Shown piece after piece: positions 25,927-38,805 of a stretch of DNA of 64,000 bases (positions are counted from its first letter, which is position 1; each line of letters starts with the position of its first letter). Source of the DNA: Pelomyxa schiedti (lineage: Eukaryota > Protista > Evosea); NCBI GenBank assembly GCA_020536535.1, contig JAHLWZ010000823.1, forward strand, positions 44,331 through 108,330, read 5' to 3'. The translations under genes were made by a program, and so were the position numbers. The notes beneath the pieces are model-generated. The model saw only the letters and a list, made by a program, of their open reading frames with translations. It searched no databases and was not told where the DNA came from.

Positions 25927-28219
25927 TCATGCACTCCCGCTGTCGGGCCATACACTCCAGGGCCAGAATCCACCCGGGCAGTCGCGGGCGTAGCTGTACC
26001 CTGTGAAGATGAAAGCCGTGCCAACTCTGTTATGGGTGGTTGGGTCAGACGAAACTAGTTGGGGAGTAGGGGAAAAGTGGAAATTACGGGAAAGCTCCAC
26101 AGGCAAGAACAGCAGATACGAACATGTAGAATATGAGTTGTTTTTTCATAGAACCAGATAGGGCAGGTGGTTTCTTGCATATTTTGGTCAAGCGGAGGCG
26201 GTCGATACCGACTCTGTCAAATGTGTCAGATTGTTTTGGTTTATTTTTGGAGCTTACTCGATAACATTAGCTAGAAGGGCAAGTAATGTTATTAGGGGAA
26301 AGAATGGCATCCCTAAATAAATAACGAATTGCCGATAGAGAATTTCTAAGTATTCCTCGGCGAGGTCAAATTCTGGCTAAGACCCTTTTAGAGAAAGGAG
26401 AAGAAGAAAATATGTTGATTTGCCCACCCTGTCTTTGCGGGAATTTATCTTTGTATCCGTACAGCAACAGCAGAAGCATTTCTTCACTAAAGGATATATC
26501 AAAGGATAGCCCACTTCTATGGCGTTGGAAACCTTTGAAAGGACACACAATGAGTACCATTAATAGAAGAAAGAGACCTACCAACAAGTCAATGACGATC
26601 AGCATTAGGAATTGGTCACCCATGGCAACCAGCCCACATTTGGTTTCTGCTGCGTCTGTGCTTGTTAGTGAACCATCACCTCCTTGCCAATATGGTAAGT
26701 GAAGATCAGGCAAATTCCAATCATAGGTGAGTTCGTCTGCCCAGAAAACCATCACAAGCCATCGAGAAATGTACATCATGACGACATTTAAAACCTTTTG
26801 AAGAGTAAAGGGCTTGCTGCCGGAGATCCGTTGTACCTTGAAGGAGTACCATTTGAATAGAACATGCTCCTTATAAGATGACCAATGCGTGTGCCGCTCG
26901 AATTTAGTCAATCCTGTTGCTATAGCAGCCCAGATAAGCCGCACTATAGTCACGACGAGAGCAACAGCAGTAGAGGCACTAATTATCATAAAGATATGAA
27001 TTTTGTTGTTGTAGGGCAGTGATTACATTCGTGATCCTATAGCATTTTTCTCAAGAATAGTCAACCCAAATGTGCAACCAGCAGAAACAGCTAGCAAAGA
27101 TACAAATACGAAGAAGGAGAAAGCTCCCCTAACACAACGTGAAAAGTGGGTGATGTCTTCATTGTCCTGGGAAAAAGGTCAGCTGGCTTTAACAAACTAT
27201 ACATTCAACAGGAATTTCATCTTCAATATAGTTGTCCTCGTGATCATGAATATTCCTGTGCTTAAAAAAGCGGGCAACACTTATAAAGTAAACCCACCTT
27301 TTACTTGGTTAACTTTTTTTTTTTGGTTTGGTTAGTGTAAGCATACCCACAGAAAAACCATGACAGAGCATATACTCCAGATGATATCAACCTGCATTTA
27401 TTACTCAGTTTTTGGAATTGCCCAGTGTGAGGTACCAGTAATAAAAAGTATCACTGGTGTAGGAGGATAAATAAAATATTCTCCTTCTGTCTTCAATTCC
27501 AGAAATACCAGAGTCCAGAGCGACATCGTCTTTCGTTAAGTCCAATATACAGTGCGGAATAAAGTTGACAAGTACTAGAAGAATGAATCGAAAGAAAAAT
27601 AACAAGTAACCACATACTGCAGAGAAGCCCAAAAACGTTGGTTCCAATTATAAAGATCAGAAATCTGAAGTACAACTCTACGCCAGTCCCATAACTTGAA
27701 GAAAATTAGTACTATCCTATAAATGCAATTGACGTACTATTTTCCGATAGACTTTTTGGAACCACAACACTTTGGAATATGCTTGTCATCATCCTCGTCC
27801 TCTGTAGCATTATCATCTTTTATTCTGACAGAAAAATTAGAAGACAGAGGCACCAACGAGATACTTTTTCAGGTATCGGCACCCAGACTTGGTTGTTTTC
27901 AACTTATAGCCTGGCGGTACTTTAACCTTCCTAGCCTTCCGTTAAAAAAAGCCCTAGACTCAAACAAGAAAACTCACTTTTTTTTCTTCATTGGTGTTGA
28001 GACACCCATGAAGGACTCTACCAAGTAGGTTAAAAAAAAAGAGAGAGAGGTAGAGAGTATACCCAGAAGGTACTCCACACGATTGCCGTCATAAACCTGA
28101 TAGGGTTGGTCAGGTGTTGGTGTGTAGTACCCTTGGTCACTCGCGCTCACGCCGCCGACAGCCTGGTCTCCCACAATTGGAACCCCCAGTGGGGTCATCT
28201 CAATATCACCCCCGCTCAT
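25927..28219 (-). CDS. TMC: Transmembrane channel-like (TMC family) protein
   Basis: 'YGTGVELYFRFLIFIIGTN', 'CGLVAMGDQFLMLIVIDL' and 'PEFDLAEEYLEILYRQFVIYLGMPFFPLI' match TMC signatures. TGA at 25927-25929. Confidence 0.75.
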
Positions 28220-28679
28220 TTCCCTCCCTCACTCCCTTCACACAGTACTAGGAGTTGAGTTTTTTTTTTTTTTTGTTCGGCCTAGGGGTTTCGGGTGTTG
28301 CTTTGTTCGGCAGATGTGTTGGCCTTTGGATGCGATTCACACGCACAAGATTGCACAATCAATAAATAACGCTCGTGTTCGGTTCGGTGTCGTTGTGAGT
28401 CCCCGACTTGGTTAGGTGTTAATGTAGTTACAAGCGTACGTAGTCTCTACGGTTGTTTAACGTCGTTTTTGTTTTTGTTTTTTTTTAACAACGAGTAAGT
28501 CAATGCGGTTAGGGTTCGGAGAAATGAACAAGTTCCTTGGGCGATCTAAATCTGTATTTGAGCACACCCGGAAGAAGATGGGGGGTACCGCCATTCCACT
28601 CCTGAGTGCTGCCTGGGGGCACCTACCTATGTGCGGTGAATTTGGTTGGGTGAAGTTTTTGGTTCATTCGGACCTTGGA

Positions 28680-30554
28680 ATGGCTTCTGTTCGCGGAGCC
28701 GCAACAACGGGTAGGGTCGTGGCGACGACCGAGCCCGTCAAAACAAGCAACAACAATAATCACCCGCAAGATCAGGCACCCGTTGGTGTGGGACCAGGGC
28801 GCCGGCCCGGCCCCAGCCCCTGCTGCCCCTGGGAGTGCGTGCTGCTCTCCTCGGGCTGCCGCTTCCCCCGCCGCGTGGTGCCCGACCCCCTCGGCGCCGC
28901 CCTGGCGGTCGTGGGCCCCGGCGGCCACGTGGCGGTGGACAAGGTCGCGCCGCCCCCGCCAAACCCCCAGCGGCACCACCAGCAACAGTCGCAGTCGCAG
29001 TCGCAGTCGCCCTCTCAGCCACAGGCACAAGGAGCAGCACACCAGCAGCAGCAGCAGGCGTCGTCGTCGGGGAAAAGTGGCGGCGGGGCGTCGGAGCAGA
29101 GTCTGGAAATCGACGCCGCGTCCCATGTTTGCTTCGTGCGGCCTCTCGTGAAGCCCCCCACGGAGATAGGGCACGACGACGTGGCCTCGGGGGGCAGGGG
29201 CGGGGCCGATGGCGGGGCCACACAGTCCCAGGCCCAGTCTCAGTCTCACTCCCAAGCACTACAAGCCCAAGTGCAGGAACAAACACAAATGCAAAGCGCC
29301 TTGCAGGGGCAGCAGCAGCGATTGCAGGAGGACTCTCCTCTTGTGGTTGTGGCAGTGATGGCAAGGGTTACAAAGTGTGAGGTGCGAGGTGTGACCCCCC
29401 ACTTTTATTCTAACCCCCTTCGGTATGTGTACTAATCTGTTTTTCCTTTTTCTTTCACCTAGCTGTGCTCGTGGGAACTGGGCGGCGGGAATACGCAGAT
29501 ACCAGTTTCTTGCGAGTCGGGAAGGTTCCCTTTTTCCCTTCCTGCTTATGGCTGTGAACACTTAAATATGTTGCATGTAAACATTCAGGGGGTTCACTAT
29601 TACGGGTGGATGTTTTAAACTCTTTTCTTGGGCAGACCATATTGGAATAATCTCTGACAACATGAAATCTCTTCTTCTATTACAATGTTCCATTGTGCCA
29701 TCGGCAACGCCGTCACCTTTGCGCTATGATTCCATAATCCTCAGTACTCTCGCTGTTGTGGAGGCTTCTTCCGCCGGGCTTGACTCTCTCCTCTGTGGTG
29801 TTTGGGATGCATCAAATCTCTGGATTGGAGGCACTGGGGGTATTACTGTTGTGCCAACAGCTCCAAAAACCGGCATTCAGGTGTGGTGTCGACGTTCTAG
29901 CACTTGTGATATTCACCCTCACCATAAAGAAACCGGAGCTCATTACATTAAGTGACCGGAAGGAAGGATTGATTGTAGATGGTGAATTACATCGCGTTTT
30001 ACTTCCGCTGATCCTCCCACAATAGAGATACACACAGTTAGCAATAATCTTGTAATAGCTGGAAGCAACTCAGAGGTTGTGCACGCGATTTTTAGAAGAC
30101 CCCAACGGCATCAACACCAACCACAAACTGCCATCTGCATGACTTTTGCTATTCCATTTCCTGTAAAAAAGTTCGCTGTAATGCCTGCTCTCGAAAACGG
30201 TACCGTGCTACTACTGAACATTTGTTTCTCACTCCCATACAGGGCAAGGACTGCTTGTAATCGTTTCTCCAGATAACCACACTCTTTTCATTTGCTCATT
30301 GAAGGACCTTTTACCCTCCATAATACGTGCCGAGCACTCCTTACGGCATGGTGTGTTCCATTATTGTGTAAATCCTAGCTTATCCCTTCTCATCCCAAGG
30401 TGTACTGGAGGAACAAGGGCAGGTCTGGGCGGTTCCACTTGATACAGCATTTGTGAGTTTGTGCTCAGTGGAACATGTTGCTTGTGTTGCCCCAGACATG
30501 GTTCTTGTTGAGGGACAGGGGTGCTTATATTGTTACCACAATATTCACTCTTAA
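28680..30554 (+). CDS. Hypothetical multi-exon protein, Gln/Ser-rich insertions, beta-rich C-terminal part
   Basis: GC-rich first exon and several GT-AG-bounded exons; last exon VLEEQGQVWAVP..NIHS*. Confidence 0.5.
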
Positions 30555-30589
30555 AATGAGGCAATAGACTGAAATGAATTTCGTTTATT

Positions 30590-32597
30590 TTATGGTGCTG
30601 TGTAGTACTTGGTGATGGCAACCAGAAAAGCGAGAATCACAAACCCGAGGGAGAAACCAAGAAGTAGTTTGGCGGGGTGAGAACTAGAATGCGATTGAGG
30701 ACTAGTAGATGTATTAGAACAATACATTTTTGTTGGGATGGAAGGACACACCTCACCTACCTCCTTTTGGCTTCGGTAATTTGGTTCTCCAACCAAGGGA
30801 ACACGGAGGTAATGCAAGCTGAGCTTGTCCACTCATGGGTGTTATGCCCTGCGGAAACTCTTTTCTCGCCAGTGCTCTGTACCAACATTAGGATAACCTA
30901 AAGGAATGGAGTAAGAAACCCGTAGTGGTGTATCTAGTGGCTGGTCTGAGGCTGCCCAGTTGATACAGTTCTTGGCAATGAATTGCCTGATCTCAGCGTT
31001 TCTACATCCACCAAGGAATGAATCCGTGAGGGCAACAGCATTCAACCTTCCACGAAGTGCGTCCCCTTCTTGTGGTTATGCAAAGAGTGGGGAAAAAAGA
31101 TGCCATGTAAAATACATTCAGACTCCAGCAATGAGCTCGTGCAAAATCCACCAGCTGAATGCGCAACAATCACAATGTGCGCAGCTGGTGATTGACTTAT
31201 AACATTCCTCCAAGCATAGATAGTATGATCAATTGGACTGGCATTCCCTTTTATGTTCACACAACGCCCTTGCCTTGTAGAACCAAAGGATTTGTCGGTA
31301 TTGAAAAAGTCCTCCCATGTCAATGGTGCTGGGATACAGTTAGTTCTGGGCAGTGGAAGACTATACTGACGTGGCTCTTTGATGGGTGCCCTGTTTAAGT
31401 TGGGATTCAAAATTGCAAGGGAGTATCCAAGTGACTGTGCTCTCTCAATATAAGGCAGTATACTCCCGACGGTGAGAGAATCGTTGAGACAAAGTGCACG
31501 GGCCCACTGGCCGGGTCTAAAATGAATGGGGATTACTACCGTTTGAAATTGAAACTTTTCTTTGTATTTGTTTCTGCTAATATTATAATAGAAGGGAAAC
31601 CTTACTGCACCCGATCCTTGTATTATAATCATCAATTTGTCAGTGTTTGTTTTGAGGTCTTCACTAACAAAAATATTGTTGTATGGGCCATTTGGATCAT
31701 CCACTGTGTAAAAGAGATCAATCACGTGGATGCAGCATTACTATGCAAACCTGGAAGTAAAACCTCTTTCATGTGATACTTTTCCTTCATTACATCTTGG
31801 ATATGTTTCACAACGTAGTCACCAATAATATCGTAATGGATTTCGGAAATGTAATGGTAGCGTTCACCTGCGTTTTAAAAAAAAAAAGGAGTTCAATATA
31901 AGAATGACTTCCCTAAATGTTCAACCTGAGGCCATTTGCCTGAGCTCACCAGCTTCGTTGAAGTGATACCTCAAGTCCGCCAGGCACACAGGGTGCGTAG
32001 CAGGAATAGTTGCAAATAAATTGTTGAGCATTGTAGTAGCTTCCGGGGAAGCAACAGCCCGAACGGCATTGACAATCATTGGGCCCTTGCACTCCCTATA
32101 TGGGCACGCCAACAACAGTGGACTGCGCCTGCGACCCACCAACTCCCTATCCACGTGCTTGCTAGCACATTCAACACACCTTTGTTTTTTGTTTTTGTTT
32201 TTGTTAGTTGCCCACAACCATATGCGCACGCAGACATAAACAAAAACCAAACACCAAACAGGTGAAGAAATAGGGGGGAAAGCACGCACGTGGGGCTGGA
32301 GCACGACTTGCACACGCACGCCACGTCGCGTGTCTGCTTGCACACCACGCAACGCCCAGACGTCACCTTGAGCGGCACCACCGCGGGCATCCTGGACACC
32401 GCCGCAGCCGTCGACGTCGCGGCCGAAGCCGTGCTGCTGGTGGCTGGGATCGGCGTTGCTGCCGACGGCGCCGTGGACGAGGAGGAGGAGGAGGAGGCGC
32501 TGGCTGTGGGGGTGGTGGTGGTGGCTGGGGGCTGCGTCTCTGGTTGGGACGCTGTCGACGGTTCGTTGGGGGTACCCGTGTTGGTTTCGGTTGACAT
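30590..32597 (-). CDS. FAM172A/Arb2-domain protein with N-terminal Cys-rich RING-like region and possible C-terminal TM anchor
   Basis: 'KLMIIIQGSGAVRPGQWARALCLNDSL..GSILPYI', 'IVAHSAGG', 'AVALTDS' and 'SAGHNTHEWTS' match FAM172A. N-terminal CVVC..CVCKSC..CVEC..CPYREC. Confidence 0.85.
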
Positions 32598-32764
32598 TTT
32601 TTTTTTTGTTGTTTGTTCCTTCTTTTTTTTACAATCTGGTGCAGAGCAACAAAACAAGGAAGGTCGTCAGGATTTTATCAATGGGGGACCTTGGAGAATC
32701 CAGGTTGCTGGGGAAGCTTGGTCAACCACTGCAAAGAAGTGAGTTTACAGTTTGTTGTTTGCTC

Positions 32765-33850
32765 TTAGGCTCTTGTTGGTAACACACCCACAACTGTTTC
32801 AGGTGAAAATTTGAGGTCTCGCTCACCAGATGCCCAGTAGTAGCCCAGCTCATTCCCAACAAAAACCGTGGAATTAACCCTTACAAGGAATCAGTGGGAT
32901 CATGAGATATTTGTGGTGATGCCAAACATACTCAGAGATGGAAGACTGGTGATCATGTCCGTAACACCAACACCTGAGAACAGACCCCGGGGAACATAGT
33001 TCGGAGGTCAAATTGGTCCCGAAGCTGCAGGAGGTTATTTATTCCTAGCAGAAGAAGATATGTTTACCTTGTGCAATTGTAACAGGGTACATGATGGGAA
33101 ATTCCAACCACTAATTCGCCCAAACTGGCAGCAGTGGCCAGCTCAGACATGATAAATTCCACTTCCTCCAAATGTATGCGCATAGTATCATGTGGAACAA
33201 GCTTCCTGAGAAAGTGTGAAACTTGAGCAGATTATCTTGTACCCATTCACCTATCTCCGAATGTTATGTAGTTGTAGTCATTTACATTGAGTGCAGCCTT
33301 TCTTGACCACAGAGTTCCCCCAATCACTCGAATTTTAGTTCCCGGAACAACGAAGGAAGTTTTGTCCAGGAATGTCACATTAGGTAGCAGCTGGCATACT
33401 CGAGTCATTTGTTCACGCGTTTGGCGGTACTCATTTCCATAGAATTCGTGCTTTTGAAAAATATGTAACACAGTTGGGTGAGGATAAAGTCGAGTACATT
33501 GCCAGCCACGACAAAGACGTGCTTGAATTGCAGGGATTGTTGTCGCAGAAAATTAGAATAACTCGGCTGAAATGGATTTCCAATATCCCCACATCTGAGT
33601 ATTGATGAATTCAACATGGCATATACAAGAAAAGATACAATGCAAGGTATGGAGCACAAGGAATGAAGTGGAAAGCAGACTGCCCCTCAAACTCGAGATG
33701 CAAGTCAGACAGTACTTGCATAGCGAAAATTGTTGATGAATTTTTTACAGAATCTAGGCGGGCGGGGTTTCCAAGTGTCACTCGCAAAGAAGCAATGTTG
33801 TGGCAAAGTTGTGTTGCCGGCTGTGCGGAGGTATTTGTAACCTGAGACAT
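32765..33850 (-). CDS. Calcineurin-like metallophosphoesterase
   Basis: Motifs SDLHLE, CGDIG, AGNHEFY, GGTLWS, SHHVP and YGHDH; TAA at 32765-32767. Confidence 0.9.
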
Positions 33851-33989
33851 ACGGAAAAGAGGAAACATTCACCAAGTTAACCAAATTTAACAAATAAAAA
33901 AGAAAGAGTACAGCCATAGAAAAAGTGCGCTGTATCGAAGGACTAATGATTGGTGCCTTTGTGTCCACCCTAGTGAGAACGGATAAGCC

Positions 33990-34726
33990 AACTTACTTAG
34001 AAAGCAATAAGATACACTACCGCATAATAATAAAGTCGGAGAGGGTTTTTACTTGGCTGGGGGCCAAAGATTTCGCAGAAGCCACAGGATCATGTGTTAT
34101 CTGCATTAATAGTAATTTCGTATGGAAGCAAGAAGATTAAATAAGGACCTTTTCAGCAATAAGTGACACAATAATATCGTATGCCTCATCAGATATAACA
34201 GCCTTGCGTGCATTCCAAGCGATCAAAGTAGCATACCTCAAGTCTTCCAGCTGCCCCAAACTAAGTGACTGGCAATAATTACAAACCGTTGCCGTATCAC
34301 CAACTAGTTGGACCATTTTGTAATTATACGATGTTATTCCCTGAAATAGACAATTAGAGAGGAGACACCAACACCCAGCCCAAAGAGGTGACAAAAAAAA
34401 AAAGAAATCGCAATCGCTGGCAAGAGCTTCGTTTCATTGTGCACACTCACTTTGAGAATCTCGACGAGGAATAGCATTCTGCAGGTCATCTCGTTGAAAT
34501 GTCTATTCATTGCAGCGTCTTCGAAACCGCCCTTAGGAGACGCTGGCGTGAGTTGTGCCTCCATTCTATGCCTTAGGGACCCGATGCTCGATCTGTCCAT
34601 CTGCCAACACAACGCATCCACGTCATCGGGCCCATAATCGCGGTTCGTAGCCGTCCCCTCTCCGTCCACTGTCATCGGGTCTAGGGCGGGGCAGTGAGCT
34701 CCTCCTGGTGACGCTGCGTTTCCCAT
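33990..34726 (-). CDS. Small hypothetical protein, possible N-myristoylation (MGNAAS); 3' end approximate
   Basis: ORFs 34334-34726 and 34137-34394 join through a GT-AG intron. Confidence 0.5.
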
Positions 34727-34849
34727 GCTCGTTCAGCGAGCGAAAGTTTCTTTGCAGTTTTTGAGTTCGGAATTATCTCCGAACTTAATAAAGCATTAAA
34801 AAGAAAAAAAGATCCAACATCAACCTCACATAATGTTGTGTAATTTGCG

Positions 34850-37335
34850 TCAACACTGTGTGAGAATGGCCACTGTGAATGCCTTGAGGGTGAAAGTGTC
34901 AGATGTCAGTTGTATTTTCGCTGGGGGCGAGTCGCCAGTAGATTCGTCGACGTATTCCAAGGTGCACGAAGTGGCTCCATTGATAGTTATTTCGTAGTCT
35001 TGGTCTGTTTTGATTACAAGCAGAATTACCCGGCTTTTATCTGGAAGAATGTAACCCTGTGCATAGACTTCTTTGTTTGTGCAAGTTGTGCCTGTCAGTT
35101 TATAATTGGAACCCCTGTTTGTTGTGTGTTAGTTTCAGCTTTGCTATATCTTTTGAAAATTATGTTGACAGGGGTTTCCACACGTTTTGGATGGGAAATA
35201 TGATAGGAGCATGCTAAGAACCCAGTAGCGGGCATTTGGCTCCCCGGTATCCCAATTCATCATTGACACTGAGGGGAATTGCGTTGGGTACCCAACCAAT
35301 TGGCTCTCACCAACGTATTCTATCCCTTGTTTTCCTAGGTTGGAGAAAATCTTCCTGACTTGTCAGAGGGAAATCAATAAAGTACACGGAATTACATAGG
35401 CATAGAGGCCGCCTGCTGCATTCCTACAGTATTTGAAAGGTTAGTGGGTACATAACCAATTGATTAAGCAAGAGGCAGGTACCAGTAAATATCTGGAATT
35501 GGGAGTGTGAACTTATCATTGTCATTGGGCAGAATAACGCCGACTTCATTTATTGCTGTCTTGGTTCCAGGGGAGAGGCTTGATCTAATCTGCTGGATTG
35601 TTTGTACCTATGTAATATTTACTTAAACTAGTCTGTAAGAAACGCACTCAAACTTCAGTAAAAAAGTCATCTGCTTGGTCGAAAAATGTTCGGTACTGCA
35701 TTACATCGTCTCGAATGCCACAGGAAGCATAAAAGTGGTAGGAGATATAATCCAGTGGGATTCCTAAGGGAGATTATTTCAGTGAGGTGAGAGAACGTAG
35801 GTACCTGACTCGTGGTTGTTATGATCCAGGAAGTAATTATACCAATCAAATTCATTGTGGTATGCAAGGGCCATGCCAACTAATTGCAAGTCTTTTGAAA
35901 AAATTTAGAGGTTACTAACAAGGATTAAATATACCTGGCTTTACGGCAAGCATTGCTCCCGCTATAGAGTCATATATTTGTGTGTAATACTCTGGTGTAT
36001 TACTGTGCTCAGCGTCAACTTCATTTAGAATTTCCCAGGCAGGAATATTGTAGTAATGCCCAGATTCGTGCCATACACCATATTCGTCCTCGAAGCCTCC
36101 TTGTGTATACCTAGATAGGAAATACCGTTGGATACAAGAATACCCATAAGCGGGATTAAAGGTAATACCACTGAAGAAGCCTTGAGTAGTATGAAGATAG
36201 TTCAGTCATCGAACTGTCACGAAGCTCTGTTCCTTGTTCATAGCTCCAAGTCACCTCGTTGGGGTCGTCAGGATAGTCTACCGGCGATAAGGTGTCCCAC
36301 ATCCACTGTGGGGTGGTACTACTTAAAATCAAAACCTGAAAGTGTAGTGTGGAATTTTCTGTACCTGAAATTTATCACAACAGAGCGGTCCTCTGTTGCT
36401 GCCATGAAGTCTTCCATAAGTGGGTCAATGAGGGAAAAGTCCCAATTAGTTGTTTGGGATGAGGGAGTGCATGAAACCTTTAGACATGCTTCAGAAAGGA
36501 AAAGGTTATTCCAGGACATACTTGTACATCAAGTCTTTTCTGCATCCCGGCACAAACACTTCCAAAGGTGCTATCATCAGCTGTGAAGGAACAAATGGCT
36601 TTATTCAAGCAATTTGCTGATACTATACTCAAAGCATCAGTAGACTGACAGGATCCCTTAATTTTTATCTGTCAGCTGACTTACGTATTGGTCTTGGCTA
36701 CGACCTGAGAAAAGTTCCCACATACGCCAGAGCCAGTTCCATAAGAAGCAAAATCAACTTTGGAAATAATGGCACCTGAAGTAGGACACTCTAGATATAT
36801 ACTTATACCCTCTTCAGCAGTAGCACAAATCTAAATAAGTGAGTGGTTGCATTCTTTGCTTAAGCTCACAGGATTTCCATTTGGAGGTTCCAATTCGGCT
36901 ACAGCCAATTTGGGATACGGAAGCCTGTTTTTGTTTCACACTTTGTACCAAGGAAATGAAAGGGAAGGTAACCATGGCACAAAGCGCACAAATTGAGCAG
37001 GGAGAGATTCCAAAGCCTCAAATGATTGATTGTGAATACTCCCTAAGAGGTGGTTGGTGTGCATTGCCACTGGAGCCTTTGTGGTGTGAAAACCTGTTCT
37101 TGTCAGCTCAGGATTGACAACAACTTGCAGTGTTGGTATCGTATAGCCCTTTAATGCAACAATGGTTACCAACACACAAACAAAAAAAAAGAAAGTGACA
37201 GATTGTCGAGGAAACCTCGGTTTCAACTTTTAGCCAATCCACAACAACATAGGCACTCAAACCAACTGCTTCAACGTACGTCGACAGCCCAAAGTACACC
37301 CCAACGACCAAAACCACCAAACGTCGGGTGTCCAT
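34850..37335 (-). CDS. Secreted clan GH-A glycoside hydrolase (GH39-like) with inserted SUEL/Gal-lectin domain
   Basis: Signal peptide; 'WDFSLIDP'; acid/base 'WEILNEVD'; nucleophile 'TAINEVGV'. Lectin 'ICATAEEG..LECP..ISKVDFASYGTGSGVCG..CLNKAICSF' at about 36500-36830. Confidence 0.75.
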
Positions 37336-37472
37336 TTTCTACCGCTTCAACCGCCGAAATGATCGGAACAGATCCACGAAAAATCAAACCCGTTGGTGCT
37401 TGGCCACCGTAGGATAGACTCGATGGACCCACCCATAAGTTATGATGTCGTCCACTCACCGCCGATAAGCAG

Positions 37473-38756
37473 GTGCTTCTCACTCCAAGCCAACCAACAC
37501 ATAAAACAGAAGACGAAACCAGGGCGCCGCCACAGGTGATCGTCGATGTCGTTAGTTGCCTGTCGGCCTCGTACCAGATGGAAGCCCTGTTGGCAGGGAC
37601 CCACATCGGAAGGTGCGGAGCCAGCAGCCCAGCGAGGCTGATACCCCCGGGCGTACTGTGGGCCGACATCTCCAAGTCGTGGGTCACCGCCACGTGCAAG
37701 CTTGCCTGCCTGGCAGTCCACAACGCAGAGGCGGTGGACATGTCGCCGTACGCACTCCCGCCCCGCGCAGCAGCAGCAGCCGCCGCCGCCGACCAGCAGC
37801 AGCAGGGCGCCGAGGCGCAGGCCGACGACGCGGGGTACTACGTGTGCTTCGGGGTGTCGTTCACGCTGGGGGTCACGCGGGCCCCCTGGGTGATGCGGCG
37901 AGGCGCGGCCAAGCTGGGCGGGTGGCAGGGCGACGTGGTGGGGTGGGCCGGGAGCGGGAGGCTGCTGTGCCTCGGCGACCTGATCGACCCCCTCTACCAC
38001 CCCTACCTTGCCTTCGTGTTGGCGCCGCCCCACTCCTCTGCCTGCAACTGCAAGTGGGTCGTGCGATACACCGGCCTCGCTGCTCTGCATATATGGCGCG
38101 TGCCCGTCGACGGTTCATCTGGGACTGGGACTGGGAGTGGGAACCAGACGCCTATGGGGAAAGAGGTGGAGATTCCGATTATGGGTGTGGCTGGGGACTG
38201 TAGGGTGCATAACTTTACGGGGCCGACGTCGGATTTGGTGAGCTTATCAATCCTATACTCGTCGACAGTGACGTTCATGACCGTGGACCTGGAAGAGACA
38301 CTGAGGCTCAAGAGGGTGGTAACAACACAGAAATTCATGTGGGACACAGGCCGGCCTTGTGCTACGTGGGGTATCTTACTTGGGAAAGGCGGAATCCCTC
38401 ACCCTGTCTTCCTTCATGGCACTAATGGGAGTGTCTATTCCATCGACCCACAGTTAGAACCACCATTTCGCCGACTACAGGGTGACGTTATGTCTCTACG
38501 CTTGTTTGGGCAATCACACTACGGAGTGATGTTCAATCGGTTGGACCACCTTTTTACCTATGGAATTGACAATCCCCGTCATCCCTCTTACGTGGGCACA
38601 ACACCACTCTATGGGGTAATACCAAGTTCTGAGGATTTGGTGGTAACCTCTCCACCAGTTTGCAATGTGGTTGATGTGTCTCTTGGTGTCACCATCCTAA
38701 AACTGGTTTTGTGTGAACATCACACTATTGACCAGTTCACAGTTTCCTGGGTTTGA
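37473..38756 (+). CDS. Intronless hypothetical protein (lineage-specific family, 'RCGASSPA' N-terminal motif)
   Basis: 427-aa uninterrupted GC-rich ORF; start codon uncertain (first ATG at 37578). Confidence 0.65.
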   Translation: MLLTPSQPTHKTEDETRAPPQVIVDVVSCLSASYQMEALLAGTHIGRCGASSPARLIPPGVLWADISKSWVTATCKLACLAVHNAEAVDMSPYALPPRAAAAAAAADQQQQGAEAQADDAGYYVCFGVSFTLGVTRAPWVMRRGAAKLGGWQGDVVGWAGSGRLLCLGDLIDPLYHPYLAFVLAPPHSSACNCKWVVRYTGLAALHIWRVPVDGSSGTGTGSGNQTPMGKEVEIPIMGVAGDCRVHNFTGPTSDLVSLSILYSSTVTFMTVDLEETLRLKRVVTTQKFMWDTGRPCATWGILLGKGGIPHPVFLHGTNGSVYSIDPQLEPPFRRLQGDVMSLRLFGQSHYGVMFNRLDHLFTYGIDNPRHPSYVGTTPLYGVIPSSEDLVVTSPPVCNVVDVSLGVTILKLVLCEHHTIDQFTVSWV

Positions 38757-38805
38757 TACCAAAATTGTAAAAAAAAAACCAAAAAGTATTCAATACATTG
38801 TTTGT

